From Gemmatimonadota bacterium (lineage in GTDB: Bacteria > Gemmatimonadota > Gemmatimonadetes > Gemmatimonadales > Gemmatimonadaceae), in assembly GCA_016871895.1 (NCBI GenBank), contig VHBO01000001.1, positions 192,674 to 256,673 of the forward strand: 64,000 nt of DNA. The letters run 5' to 3'. Shown in pieces: positions 19,775 to 28,675 of the stretch. The number at the start of each line of letters is the position of its first letter. Position 1 is the first letter of the stretch. The notes beneath the pieces were generated by a model. That model was not told where the DNA came from. It searched no databases and saw only the letters and a program-made list of their open reading frames with translations. Made by a program: the position numbers and the translations under genes.

Positions 19775-21217
19775 ATGTCCCGTCATCCCCTCGGCGCCCT
19801 CGCGGCGCTCCTGCTCGCCGCCCTCCCCGTGGGGGCGCAGTCACGTCTCCCGGCGATCCGCACCCTCGGTCCGATCACGGCCCGGTCCGCCGAACCGCTC
19901 GGTGCCGTCTCCGCCGCGGTGCCTCTGCCGGACGGGCGCGTCCTCGTCAATGACGTGCTGCAGCGTCGCGTGGTGATGTTCGACTCCACGCTCGCGCAGA
20001 TGAGCGTCGTCGCCGACACCACGAGCGCCACGGCGAACGCGTACGGTGCGCGAGGGGGCGGTCTCATCGGCTACCGCGGGGATTCGGCGCTCTTCATCGA
20101 CCCCGCCTCGCTCTCGATGATCACCGTGAATCCCAAGGGGGAGCTGACGACCGTCCGTGCGGTGCCCCGCGCGAATGAGATTCAAGCGCTTTCCGGCGCG
20201 CAGGGGCGCCCCGGTTTCGACACGCAGGGACGCCTCATCTACCGCGCGACGCCGCGGCCGCGGGCGGCACGCCGCGATGCGCGCCCGGTGGTCGGCAACT
20301 TCGTGATGCCGGAGCTCCCGGACTCCGCGCCGATCGTCCGCCTCGATATGGCGAACCGGTCGGGCGATCTGGCGAGCCGCGCCAGCGACACCGTCGCCGC
20401 GCTGAAGATCAACCGCCCCGACGTGAAGGTCACGCAGGGCGCCGACGGCCGGATCAGCGTGAACACGACCGTCCATCCGATGCCCTCGCTCGATGAGTGG
20501 GCACTCCTCGCGGATGGCACGGTGGCCGTGATCCGCGGGCACGACTTCCACGTGGATCGGTACAAGCCTGATGGCACGGCGACCTCCTCGCCGAAACTCC
20601 CCTTCGATTGGCAGCGGCTCGACGACGACGCGAAGGCGTTCATCATCGACAGCACTCGCACCGCGATGGAGAAGCAGCGTGAGGAGGCGCAGCGGATGAT
20701 GGCGAACGCCGGTGGGCCGATGGCGTTCATGCAGGCCGGCGGCGGCGAGATGATGATGTCCGCGATGGGTGGTGGCGGGATGGGTGGTGGGATGGGGGGA
20801 GGTGCCTTCGTGATGATGGGCGGTCCCGGAGGCGGTCCGCCGCAGCGCGGCGGCGGGCAGGGCGGCGGGCAGGGGGGCGGCCCCAACGGCGGGCGCGGGG
20901 GGCAGGGCGGCAATGGCTTCCAGCTTCCCCCGATCAACCTGGTCAACCCGAACGAGCTCCCCGATTATCGGCCCCCCTTCCTCGCGCAGGCCGCCCTGGG
21001 CGACCTCGACGGGAACCTCTGGGTCCGCACCACCGCGGCCCCGACCGGCGACGGCGGTGCGATCTACTACGTGATCGACGCGTACGACACCGTATCGGAC
21101 CGTGTCCAGGTTCCGCAGGGGCGGATCATCGCCGGTTTCGGGAAGGGTGGGGTGGTCTATCTCGCCTTCCGTGACACCGAGGGGCGTGCGTTCCTCGAGA
21201 CAGTTCGCCTGCGCTGA
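19775..21217 (+). CDS. Exported hypothetical protein (possible beta-propeller) with Gly/Met-rich insert
   Basis: Signal peptide MSRHPLGALAALLLAALPVGAQ; propeller-like strands (LPDGRVLVND, DGNLWVR, GGVVYLA); the ORF track start overlaps the receptor stop. Confidence 0.65.
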   Translation: MSRHPLGALAALLLAALPVGAQSRLPAIRTLGPITARSAEPLGAVSAAVPLPDGRVLVNDVLQRRVVMFDSTLAQMSVVADTTSATANAYGARGGGLIGYRGDSALFIDPASLSMITVNPKGELTTVRAVPRANEIQALSGAQGRPGFDTQGRLIYRATPRPRAARRDARPVVGNFVMPELPDSAPIVRLDMANRSGDLASRASDTVAALKINRPDVKVTQGADGRISVNTTVHPMPSLDEWALLADGTVAVIRGHDFHVDRYKPDGTATSSPKLPFDWQRLDDDAKAFIIDSTRTAMEKQREEAQRMMANAGGPMAFMQAGGGEMMMSAMGGGGMGGGMGGGAFVMMGGPGGGPPQRGGGQGGGQGGGPNGGRGGQGGNGFQLPPINLVNPNELPDYRPPFLAQAALGDLDGNLWVRTTAAPTGDGGAIYYVIDAYDTVSDRVQVPQGRIIAGFGKGGVVYLAFRDTEGRAFLETVRLR

Positions 21218-21238
21218 CGCCACTGTCGTGGCTCGACC

Positions 21239-21277
21239 GAACGCGGGGCTCGGCGTCGCCGAGCCCCGCGTTCTTCG
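21239..21277 (+). terminator. Intrinsic terminator-like hairpin after the receptor operon
   Basis: Perfect 16-bp stem GAACGCGGGGCTCGGC / GCCGAGCCCCGCGTTC with 3-nt loop; only a weak T-tract follows. Confidence 0.7.
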
Positions 21278-21314
21278 TGAAACATCCATCCCGAGAGATT
21301 TTTTCGCCTTTCCC

Positions 21315-21343
21315 TTGCCGCCTGTTCCAGAAGGGTCTACGCT
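21315..21343 (+). promoter_or_regulatory. Putative sigma70-type promoter for feoAB
   Basis: TTGCCG (21315-21320), 17-nt spacer, TACGCT (21338-21343). Confidence 0.6.
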
Positions 21344-21357
21344 TCATATGTCGTCGG

Positions 21358-21372
21358 TGAGAACCATTCTCA
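21358..21372. promoter_or_regulatory. Fur-box-like 7-1-7 operator
   Basis: TGAGAAC-C-ATTCTCA, near-palindrome close to the Fur 7-1-7 consensus TGATAATnATTATCA; lies between the promoter and feoA. Confidence 0.7.
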
Positions 21373-21405
21373 TCTCGACTGAACCCGCTGAATCGATCCG
21401 TTGAC

Positions 21406-21675
21406 GTGACCACCGGCTCCTCCCGCGAACTCCCCGTCTGCACCTGCCCCCTCGTCGATTCGGCGACGGGCGCGGAAGCCACCGTCGTCGCGATCGCCTG
21501 CGCCGACCGTGACGCCTGCCGCCTGCGGGTGATGGGGGTCTATGAGGGCGCCACCGTCTCCGTGATCGACAAGAAGCACTGCCTACTCGTGGACGTGCGC
21601 GGCACCCGCCTCGCGCTCGGCGCGGAACTCGCCGAGGGCATCACGGTCCTCACGCGGGGCATCCCCGCCAGCTGA
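21406..21675 (+). CDS. feoA: Ferrous iron transport protein A
   Basis: RLRVMGVYEGATVSV...VRGTRLALG; directly upstream of feoB. Confidence 0.85.
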   Translation: MTTGSSRELPVCTCPLVDSATGAEATVVAIACADRDACRLRVMGVYEGATVSVIDKKHCLLVDVRGTRLALGAELAEGITVLTRGIPAS

Positions 21676-21677
21676 GG

Positions 21678-23624
21678 ATGATGGCCGTGGGAACCCCGGG
21701 CTCCGCCCCGGCGTCGGGAGCGTTACGGGTCGCGATCATCGGCAACCCCAACACCGGCAAGACCACCCTCTTCAACGCGCTCACCGGCCTGCGGCAACGG
21801 GTGGGCAACTTCGCCGGCGTCACCGTCGAGCGTGTCGAGGGCGGGTTCCAGATGCCCGACGGCCGGCGCATCACCGTCGTCGATCTGCCGGGCGCCTACT
21901 CCCTCGCCGCCACCTCGCCTGATGAGCGCATCGCGCTCGACGTGCTGCGGGGCCACGACGGGCGGGAGCCCCGCCCCGATGTCGTCCTCGTCGTGGTGGA
22001 TGCGACGCACCTCGGACGGAACCTCTTCCTCGCGAGCCAGGTCTGCGAGCTCGGGCTCCCCGTCGTCGTCGCGCTGAATCAGGTCGACGCCGCCGCCGCG
22101 CGCGGCATCACCGTCGATGTGCCCGCGCTGATCCACGAGCTCGGCGTCCCGATCGTCCCGACGGTCGCCTCCCGTGGCGAAGGGCTCGACCCGCTCCGCC
22201 GCGCCCTCGTCGCCGCCGCGACCTTGCCCGCGCCGACGCCACGCTTCGCCCTCGACGAGTCGGCGGAGACCACGGCGGCTCGCTACGGATGGATCACCGA
22301 CGTGATCGCGCGGACCGTCAGGCAACGGGCTAGCGCATCGGGCTCGGCGAGCGACCGGATCGACGCCATCGCCCTGCACCGTCTTGGTGGGCCGATTCTT
22401 TTCCTCGTCGTGATGGCGCTCGTCTTCCAGGCGGTCTTCTCCTGGGCCACGCCCGTGCAAGACGCGATCGAGTCGGGCGTCCTCGGCGTCGGACACGCGA
22501 TCGGGCAGCTCGTCCCCGAGGGGGACCTCCGCTCCCTCGTGGTCGACGGCGTCTTCGCGGGCGTCGGGTCGGTCCTTGTCTTCCTCCCGCAGATCGCGCT
22601 CCTCTTCGCCTTCATCAGCGTCCTCGAGCAGAGTGGCTATATGGCACGCGCCGCCTTCTTGATGGATCGGCTGATGCGTCGCGTGGGCCTCAACGGCAAG
22701 AGCTTCATCCCGATGCTCAGCGGCTATGCCTGCGCCGTGCCCGGGATCATGGCGACGCGGACGATCGAGGATCCCAAGGATCGACTCGCGACGATCCTGG
22801 TCGTCCCCCTGATGAGTTGCTCCGCGCGGCTCCCGGTCTACACGCTGCTGATCGGCGCCTTCGTCCCCGCGATGCCGCTCCTGCCCGGACTTGATCTGCA
22901 GGGCGCGACGATGCTGGCGATGTACCTCCTCGGCACAGTCGCCGCGCTCGGCGTCGCCGCGCTCTTCCGCCGCACCCTCCTCCGCGGGCCCGTCCGCCCG
23001 ATGATCCTCGAGCTGCCCCCGTATCGCTGGCCGTCGCCGCGCTCGATCGCGATCATTGTCTGGCAGCGCTCGGTTCTCTTCCTCCGGCGCGCCGGGACGG
23101 TGATCCTCGCGCTCAGCATCGTGCTCTGGGCCCTCGCGACCTTCCCGCGCACCCCGGTCGCCCCCGACGCGCCACCCGCCGTCGCGCAAGAGACGCAGCT
23201 CGCCAACTCCGCACTCGGTCGCTTCGGGCGGGCGATCGAACCCGCGGTGGCGCCCCTCGGCTACGATTGGAAGATCGGCGTCTCGATCCTCGCGAGCTTC
23301 GCCGCGCGCGAGGTCTTCGTCTCGACGATGGGGACGATCTACGGCGTGGGTGATGCGGGGGAGTCGGCGCTGGCGGATGCGCTCCGCGCGGAGCGACGCC
23401 CCGACGGCACGGCGGCCTACACACCGCTGATCGCCGTGAGCCTGATGGTGTTCTATGTGTTCGCGCTGATGTGTATGAGCACGATCGCCGTGACCGTCCG
23501 CGAGGCCGGCGGGGGGCGAATCGGCTGGCGGTGGGCGGCGATCCAGTTCGCGTATATGCTGGCGCTCGCCTATGGCGCCGCCTGGCTGGTGCTCGTCGTG
23601 GGCCGCGCGATGGGGCTCGGCTGA
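21678..23624 (+). CDS. feoB: Ferrous iron transporter B
   Basis: GNPNTGKT, VGNFAGVTVE, DLPG; GYMARAAFLMD, MSCSARLPVY, ELPPYRWP, FAAREV. Confidence 0.96.
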   Translation: MMAVGTPGSAPASGALRVAIIGNPNTGKTTLFNALTGLRQRVGNFAGVTVERVEGGFQMPDGRRITVVDLPGAYSLAATSPDERIALDVLRGHDGREPRPDVVLVVVDATHLGRNLFLASQVCELGLPVVVALNQVDAAAARGITVDVPALIHELGVPIVPTVASRGEGLDPLRRALVAAATLPAPTPRFALDESAETTAARYGWITDVIARTVRQRASASGSASDRIDAIALHRLGGPILFLVVMALVFQAVFSWATPVQDAIESGVLGVGHAIGQLVPEGDLRSLVVDGVFAGVGSVLVFLPQIALLFAFISVLEQSGYMARAAFLMDRLMRRVGLNGKSFIPMLSGYACAVPGIMATRTIEDPKDRLATILVVPLMSCSARLPVYTLLIGAFVPAMPLLPGLDLQGATMLAMYLLGTVAALGVAALFRRTLLRGPVRPMILELPPYRWPSPRSIAIIVWQRSVLFLRRAGTVILALSIVLWALATFPRTPVAPDAPPAVAQETQLANSALGRFGRAIEPAVAPLGYDWKIGVSILASFAAREVFVSTMGTIYGVGDAGESALADALRAERRPDGTAAYTPLIAVSLMVFYVFALMCMSTIAVTVREAGGGRIGWRWAAIQFAYMLALAYGAAWLVLVVGRAMGLG

Positions 23625-23752
23625 TGCGCGCCGACACCTGGGCCGCGCTGGGCATCGTGCTGGCCGCCGTCGCGTATCTCGTCCGGCGGGCGGTGGTCCG
23701 GTCTCGTGCCGCGAAGGCCACCGGCCCCGGCTGCGACCGCTGCGGGCACTAA
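23624..23752 (+). CDS. FeoB-associated Cys-rich small membrane protein (42 aa)
   Basis: TGATG overlap with the feoB stop; MRADTWAALGIVLAAVAYLVRR...GCDRCGH: one TM helix plus CxxC. Confidence 0.8.
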   Translation: MRADTWAALGIVLAAVAYLVRRAVVRSRAAKATGPGCDRCGH

Positions 23753-23798
23753 GGACACGGCGGGGCGCCTGAGCGGTTTGCTGTGGCCGATCGCCCTT

Positions 23799-23859
23799 CG
23801 CTGTTGACGGTGCTGTCCGCTGTTGCTGTTCGCTTCCAGCCTTCAGCCTTCAGCCTATC
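23799..23859. repeat. Degenerate heptamer tandem array overlapping the tyrS stop
   Basis: On the minus strand GCTGAAG GCTGAAG GCTGGAA GCGAACA GCAACA GCGGACA. Confidence 0.6.
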
Positions 23860-25145
23860 TCCACCACCGCGACTTCCCGCGCGCCCTTCCGCACCAGCAA
23901 CCACCGGCCGCGCACCGCATCGCTGACCGCGACATCGGTCGCGTCGGCCGCGCACTTCACGCCGTTCACCGCCACGCCGCCCTGTTGCACGAGCTTCCGC
24001 GCCGCCGACCGCGAGAGCGCGAACGCCGTCTCGAGCAGGGCGACGAGATCGATCCGGCCATCGGCCGGCGTCAGCCGCACGCTCGGCATCTCCACGGCGA
24101 GCGTCGTGAAGACCGCATCGTCGAGCGCGTGGGCGTCGGCCTTCTTGTCGAACACGGTGGCGGAGACCCGTTCGGCCACCGCCGTCGCGGCCGCACCGTG
24201 GACGAGGGTCGTGACCTCGGCGGCGAGGCGACGCTGCGCGCGCCGCTCGTGGGGCGCGGCGGCGTGCGCCGTCTCCAGCGCCTCGATCGTCGCGCGGTCG
24301 AGCAGTGTGAAGGAGCGCAGGAGCCGACCGACGTCGGCGTCCTCCGTGTTGATCCAGAACTGATAGAAGCGGTACGGACTCGTCCGCGCGGCATCGAGCC
24401 AGACGGCACCCGCCTCCGTCTTTCCGAACTTCCGGCCCTGCGCATCGGTCAGCAGGGGGAAGGTGAGGCCGTGAACGGCGCCACGAGCGGCGCGGCGCAC
24501 CAGCTCCGTCCCCGCCGTGATGTTCCCCCACTGGTCGCTCCCGCCGATCTGCAGGGTGACGCCGTCCGCCTGGAAGAGCCGGAGGAAGTCGTAGGCCTGC
24601 AGCAGCATATACGAGAATTCGGTATAGGAGATCCCCGTCTCGAGCCGCGACTGCACCGAGTCCTTCTGCATCATCCAGTTGATGCTGAAGTGCTTCCCCG
24701 TGTCGCGCAGGAAGGGGATGAGGCCGAGCGCGCCGAGCCAGTCGCGGTTGTCGCGGATGTGGACGTGGGGGAGTGCGCTATCGCCCAGGGCGTTGGCCAT
24801 CACCGACCGGATCTGTCGGCCGATGGCCTCCGCGTTCGCGGCGACCTCCTCGGCGGGGCGGATCGGCCGCTCTTCGGACTTCCCGCTCGGGTCACCGATG
24901 AGCGCGGTGCCGCCCCCAACGAGCGCGACCGCTTCGTGGCCGGCGCGGACGAGGCGTACGAGCCCGAGCAGCGGGAGGAGGTTGCCGACGTGCAGGCTGT
25001 CGGCCGTGGGGTCGAAGCCGCAGTACCCGCGCACGACGCCCGCCGCGAGCGCCTCCGCGCAGCCCTCCGTCTGCTGGAAGAGGAGGCCGCGCCACGCGAG
25101 CTCGTCGAGCAGCGGGAGGGAATCGGGGGCGGAGGACGGCGCCAT
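23850..25145 (-). CDS. tyrS: Tyrosine--tRNA ligase
   Basis: YCGFDPTADSLHVGN (HIGH), QIGGSDQWGNI, KFGKT (KMSKS), C-terminal S4-like domain. Confidence 0.98.
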   Translation of the reverse strand: MAPSSAPDSLPLLDELAWRGLLFQQTEGCAEALAAGVVRGYCGFDPTADSLHVGNLLPLLGLVRLVRAGHEAVALVGGGTALIGDPSGKSEERPIRPAEEVAANAEAIGRQIRSVMANALGDSALPHVHIRDNRDWLGALGLIPFLRDTGKHFSINWMMQKDSVQSRLETGISYTEFSYMLLQAYDFLRLFQADGVTLQIGGSDQWGNITAGTELVRRAARGAVHGLTFPLLTDAQGRKFGKTEAGAVWLDAARTSPYRFYQFWINTEDADVGRLLRSFTLLDRATIEALETAHAAAPHERRAQRRLAAEVTTLVHGAAATAVAERVSATVFDKKADAHALDDAVFTTLAVEMPSVRLTPADGRIDLVALLETAFALSRSAARKLVQQGGVAVNGVKCAADATDVAVSDAVRGRWLLVRKGAREVAVVEIG

Positions 25146-25282
25146 GGGCGGAAAGCTATCCGTCTCCTCGGGGGACGGGGACTCCCGGCGCGGTTGACAG
25201 CGGTCCGCACGCGCGGCGGGCGCGGCGCACGGCGCCCACGCGTTGCCCGCGCCCCCGGGCGCACCCTAGCTTCCGGGACGCG

Positions 25283-27373
25283 ATGCGACGCCTGATCCGC
25301 CCCCTCCTGCTGAGCCTCGGCGTCGGCGCCCTAGTCGTCGGGGTGTCGGGGCTCGTCTGGTGGAACGTCTTCCTCTGCCGCGGCGACGTCTGTCCCTCCG
25401 TCGCGCAGTTCGATGAGTACGAGCCGGCGCAGCCGGCGCGCCTCTACGCCGTGGACGGCCGTTTCATCGCCGAGGTTGGGCTCGAGCGGCGGTCGCTTGT
25501 CCGGCTCGCTGACATCCCGGCGCACGTCGTCCAGGCCTTCGTCCTCACCGAGGACAAGCGGTTCTATCGGCACGATGGCATCGACTATCGCCGCATCTTC
25601 GGGGCCGTTTGGTCGAACGTACAGGCGCGAGGGCTCTCGGAGGGGTTCTCGACGATCACGATGCAGCTCGCCCGCAACGTTTTTCCGGAGCAGCTGCCGT
25701 CGCGGACCCGCGTCTCCGGCGTCCGGGACAACCTGTTGCGCAAGTTCCGCGAGATGAAAGTGGCCCGGCAGCTGGAGGCGCGTTTCCCGAAGGAACGCAT
25801 CCTTGAGCTCTACCTCAATCAGATCCCGCTCGGGGCCGGGGCGTATGGCGTGGAATCCGCCGCGCAGCGCTACTTCGGCAAAGCGGTGACGGAACTGAAC
25901 GTCGCCGAGGCGGCGATGCTCGCCGCGCTCCCCAAGGCGCCGGCGCGGTACAACCCGCGCCGCTTCCCGGACCGGGCGATCCAGCGCCGGAACTCGGTGC
26001 TCGAGCTGATGCGACGCGGCGGCGCGTTGGCCGATGCCGACGCGTCGACGGCGAAGGCGTATCCCCTGCGAATCGTCCGGACCGTGCGGGGCGGCGGCGA
26101 TGTGGCACCGTACTTCGTCGAGTGGGTCCGGCGGATCCTCGCGGAGCGCTATGGTACCCGCGCGACCCGGCAGGGCTTTCGCGTGATCACCTCGCTCGAT
26201 CTCGATCTGCAGGGCGCCGCGGAGCGGGCGATCGACCGCCAGCTCCGCGCCGTCGAGGCCGGGGTACACGGCCCATACCCGCACCTCACGTATGAGGGAT
26301 ATCTCGCGCGCGCGGCGGGCGGAATCGATGACCCGGCGAGCGCCGACTCGCCGTACCTGCAGGGGGCGTTCGTCGCGATCGATCCGCGCACCGGCGGGAT
26401 CCGCGCCCTCGTCGGCGGGCGGGACTACGACGATTCGAAGTTCGACCGCGCGACGCAGGCGCTCCGGCAACCCGGGTCGACCTTCAAGCCGTTCGTGTAC
26501 GCGGCCGCGGTGCAGGCGGGGCGCTCCCCGAGCGCGGTCGTGGACGACTCGCCGATCGAGGTGTCGCAGGCCGATGGGTCGCTCTGGAGCCCGAAGAACT
26601 TCGACAACACCTACGAGGGCGAGATGTCGATGCGCCGCGCCCTCTTCATGTCGCGCAATCTCCCTGCCGTGAAGACGGCGATGGAGGTCGGCGAGGGGGC
26701 GGTCGCCGACCTCGCGCATACCTTCGGCCTCACCACCGAGATCCCGCCGTACCCGTCAATCGCGCTCGGCACCGCGGAGGTGCAACCGCTCGAGCTGATC
26801 GCCGCGTACGCCACCTTCGCGAACCTGGGGTGGCGCGTCGCGCCGAACCCGCTCGTGCGCGTCGAGACCACCGATGGCCGCGTCCTCGAAGAAGCCAAGG
26901 CCGAGCGCATCCAGGTGCTGACGCCCGAGGCCGCGTGGCTGATGGTCGATATGATGAAGGACGTCGTCAGTCGCGGGTCGGGAACGGCGATCCGTCGCTT
27001 AGGATTCCAGCTCCCCACGGCGGGGAAGACGGGGACGACGAGCAACTACTCCGACGTCTGGTACGTAGGGTACACCTCGGATCTCGTGGCCGGCGTCTGG
27101 ATGGGGTTCGACCGTCGTCGGCGCATCAAGGACAACGCGCAGGGTGGCCAGCTCGCCGCCCCGGCGTGGGCGGCCTTCATGCGCGAGGTCTACGCCCGTC
27201 GCCCGGCCTCGGCGGACTGGGCGCGCCCGATCGGGGTGAGCGCGATCCCGGTCGATGAACGGACGGGGCAGCGCCTCCCGGCGACCTGCCCGGTCGATGG
27301 GGATTCGGTCCGCGTGGAGTATTTCCTCGCGGGGACGGAGCCGGCGCCGAGCGGGATCTGCCGGACCCCCTGA
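25283..27373 (+). CDS. Class A penicillin-binding protein (PBP1A family)
   Basis: EDKRFYRH, GFSTITMQLARN, RKFRE, ELYLN; transpeptidase QPGSTFKP, SRN, KTGT. Confidence 0.95.
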   Translation: MRRLIRPLLLSLGVGALVVGVSGLVWWNVFLCRGDVCPSVAQFDEYEPAQPARLYAVDGRFIAEVGLERRSLVRLADIPAHVVQAFVLTEDKRFYRHDGIDYRRIFGAVWSNVQARGLSEGFSTITMQLARNVFPEQLPSRTRVSGVRDNLLRKFREMKVARQLEARFPKERILELYLNQIPLGAGAYGVESAAQRYFGKAVTELNVAEAAMLAALPKAPARYNPRRFPDRAIQRRNSVLELMRRGGALADADASTAKAYPLRIVRTVRGGGDVAPYFVEWVRRILAERYGTRATRQGFRVITSLDLDLQGAAERAIDRQLRAVEAGVHGPYPHLTYEGYLARAAGGIDDPASADSPYLQGAFVAIDPRTGGIRALVGGRDYDDSKFDRATQALRQPGSTFKPFVYAAAVQAGRSPSAVVDDSPIEVSQADGSLWSPKNFDNTYEGEMSMRRALFMSRNLPAVKTAMEVGEGAVADLAHTFGLTTEIPPYPSIALGTAEVQPLELIAAYATFANLGWRVAPNPLVRVETTDGRVLEEAKAERIQVLTPEAAWLMVDMMKDVVSRGSGTAIRRLGFQLPTAGKTGTTSNYSDVWYVGYTSDLVAGVWMGFDRRRRIKDNAQGGQLAAPAWAAFMREVYARRPASADWARPIGVSAIPVDERTGQRLPATCPVDGDSVRVEYFLAGTEPAPSGICRTP

Positions 27374-27437
27374 GCGGGCGGCTGGCGACCCTCCTACGCC
27401 GCGCGTTATCCTTCGCGCGTCCTTCGGGGAGGCCTGA

Positions 27438-28013
27438 GTGACCGTCGGTTGTCTTGCGTTGAACGCGTCGTACGAACCGCTGACGATGGTCCCGCTCAAG
27501 CGGGCCCTGCGCCTCGTCATCGACGGGAAGGCGGAGATCGTCGAAGCCGACGCCTCGCGAGCCGTCCGCGCCGCGCGCCTCTCGGTCCCGCATCCGGTCG
27601 TCATCCGGCTCCGCACCTTCGTCCACGTGCCCCGACGCTTCCGTCGACAGGTGACGAACACCTTCCTCTTCGCGCGTGATGGGTATCGGTGCCAGTACTG
27701 CGGGCGGCCGAACGACGCGCTGCGACCGCGGGAATCGCTCACGCGCGATCACGTGATCCCGATCTCGCGCGGCGGTCTGAACGTCTGGACGAACGTCGTG
27801 ACCGCCTGCTCGACGTGCAACACGCGCAAGGCGAACCATCTCGTGTCGGAATGCGGGATGCAGCTCCTCACCGAGCCGGCGGAGCCGCACTTCGTGCATC
27901 TCTCCTGGGCGGTGCGTCGGCTCACGCCGACGCAGGCGCGCTACATCCGCCTCTTTTACGGCGAGACGGTGGTGCGAGAGCTCGCCCGGAACGACCGGCT
28001 CCGCGCCTCGTAG
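27438..28013 (+). CDS. HNH endonuclease (McrA-like)
   Basis: VLNAS-like LALNASYEPL; RDGYRCQYCG, TRDHVIPISRGG, NVVTACSTCNTRK; GGAGG RBS. Confidence 0.92.
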   Translation: MTVGCLALNASYEPLTMVPLKRALRLVIDGKAEIVEADASRAVRAARLSVPHPVVIRLRTFVHVPRRFRRQVTNTFLFARDGYRCQYCGRPNDALRPRESLTRDHVIPISRGGLNVWTNVVTACSTCNTRKANHLVSECGMQLLTEPAEPHFVHLSWAVRRLTPTQARYIRLFYGETVVRELARNDRLRAS

Positions 28014-28675
28014 CGACGGCGGTCCCCGCCGAGCAGGCGTGTCGCGAGCGTCCGCACGCCGCGTCCGAGTGCCGGGGCGGCCGCGCGATCCCCGCGGAGG
28101 GCTGGCTCGAGTTCGCCGCGCAACCAGCGATTCACCTCGTCAAGGTCGGTGACCGATAGCGCCTCCACTTCCACGGTGGCGACGAAGTAGTGGGACCGCC
28201 CATCGGCCGGCGCCCGGAGCGGGACCTGCACAGGCCGTTCCGCCGCGGTCGCCGCGTCGGTGAGCGCGCGATACGAGCCGAGGGCGACGCGCTGCGCGCC
28301 CACGAGCTGGGTCACCTCGTAGCGCTCGTCACCACCGAGGCGTCGCACGACCACATCCCAGGTCGCGGCTCGCTGCAGCGCGTCCACGAGCCGACCTTCG
28401 GCCCAGAGCTCGACGCGGAAGCGAAGTCGAGCGGGGAACCCGGCGGTCAGGAGCGCCGAGAGGTTCGGGGCGGTCAGCACCCCCTGCGCGCGCACGGTCG
28501 GCCCGTCCTCCGCGAGCCGCTCGATGGCCGGGAGATCGATGATCACGCCGGGCGTCCGCTCCTGCGCGCCGAGCGATGCCCCGAGTGATGTGCCGAGTGC
28601 GGGCGCGATCAGGGTGAGGAGCGTCGCGCCGAGCGTGGCCACGAGGCGGAGGCGGTGGACCGCCCGTCGATGCAT
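27956..28675 (-). CDS. Exported hypothetical protein, DUF4390-like
   Basis: Start reassigned to ATG 28675 (overlaps the upstream stop); signal peptide; G.PARLRFRVELW pattern resembles DUF4390. Confidence 0.55.
   Translation of the reverse strand: MHRRAVHRLRLVATLGATLLTLIAPALGTSLGASLGAQERTPGVIIDLPAIERLAEDGPTVRAQGVLTAPNLSALLTAGFPARLRFRVELWAEGRLVDALQRAATWDVVVRRLGGDERYEVTQLVGAQRVALGSYRALTDAATAAERPVQVPLRAPADGRSHYFVATVEVEALSVTDLDEVNRWLRGELEPALRGDRAAAPALGRGVRTLATRLLGGDRRRYEARSRSFRASSRTTVSP

Noticed and set aside
27438-28013. HNH as a homing or mobile element
   Set aside because: Free-standing McrA-like gene with its own RBS; no intron, intein or flanking repeats
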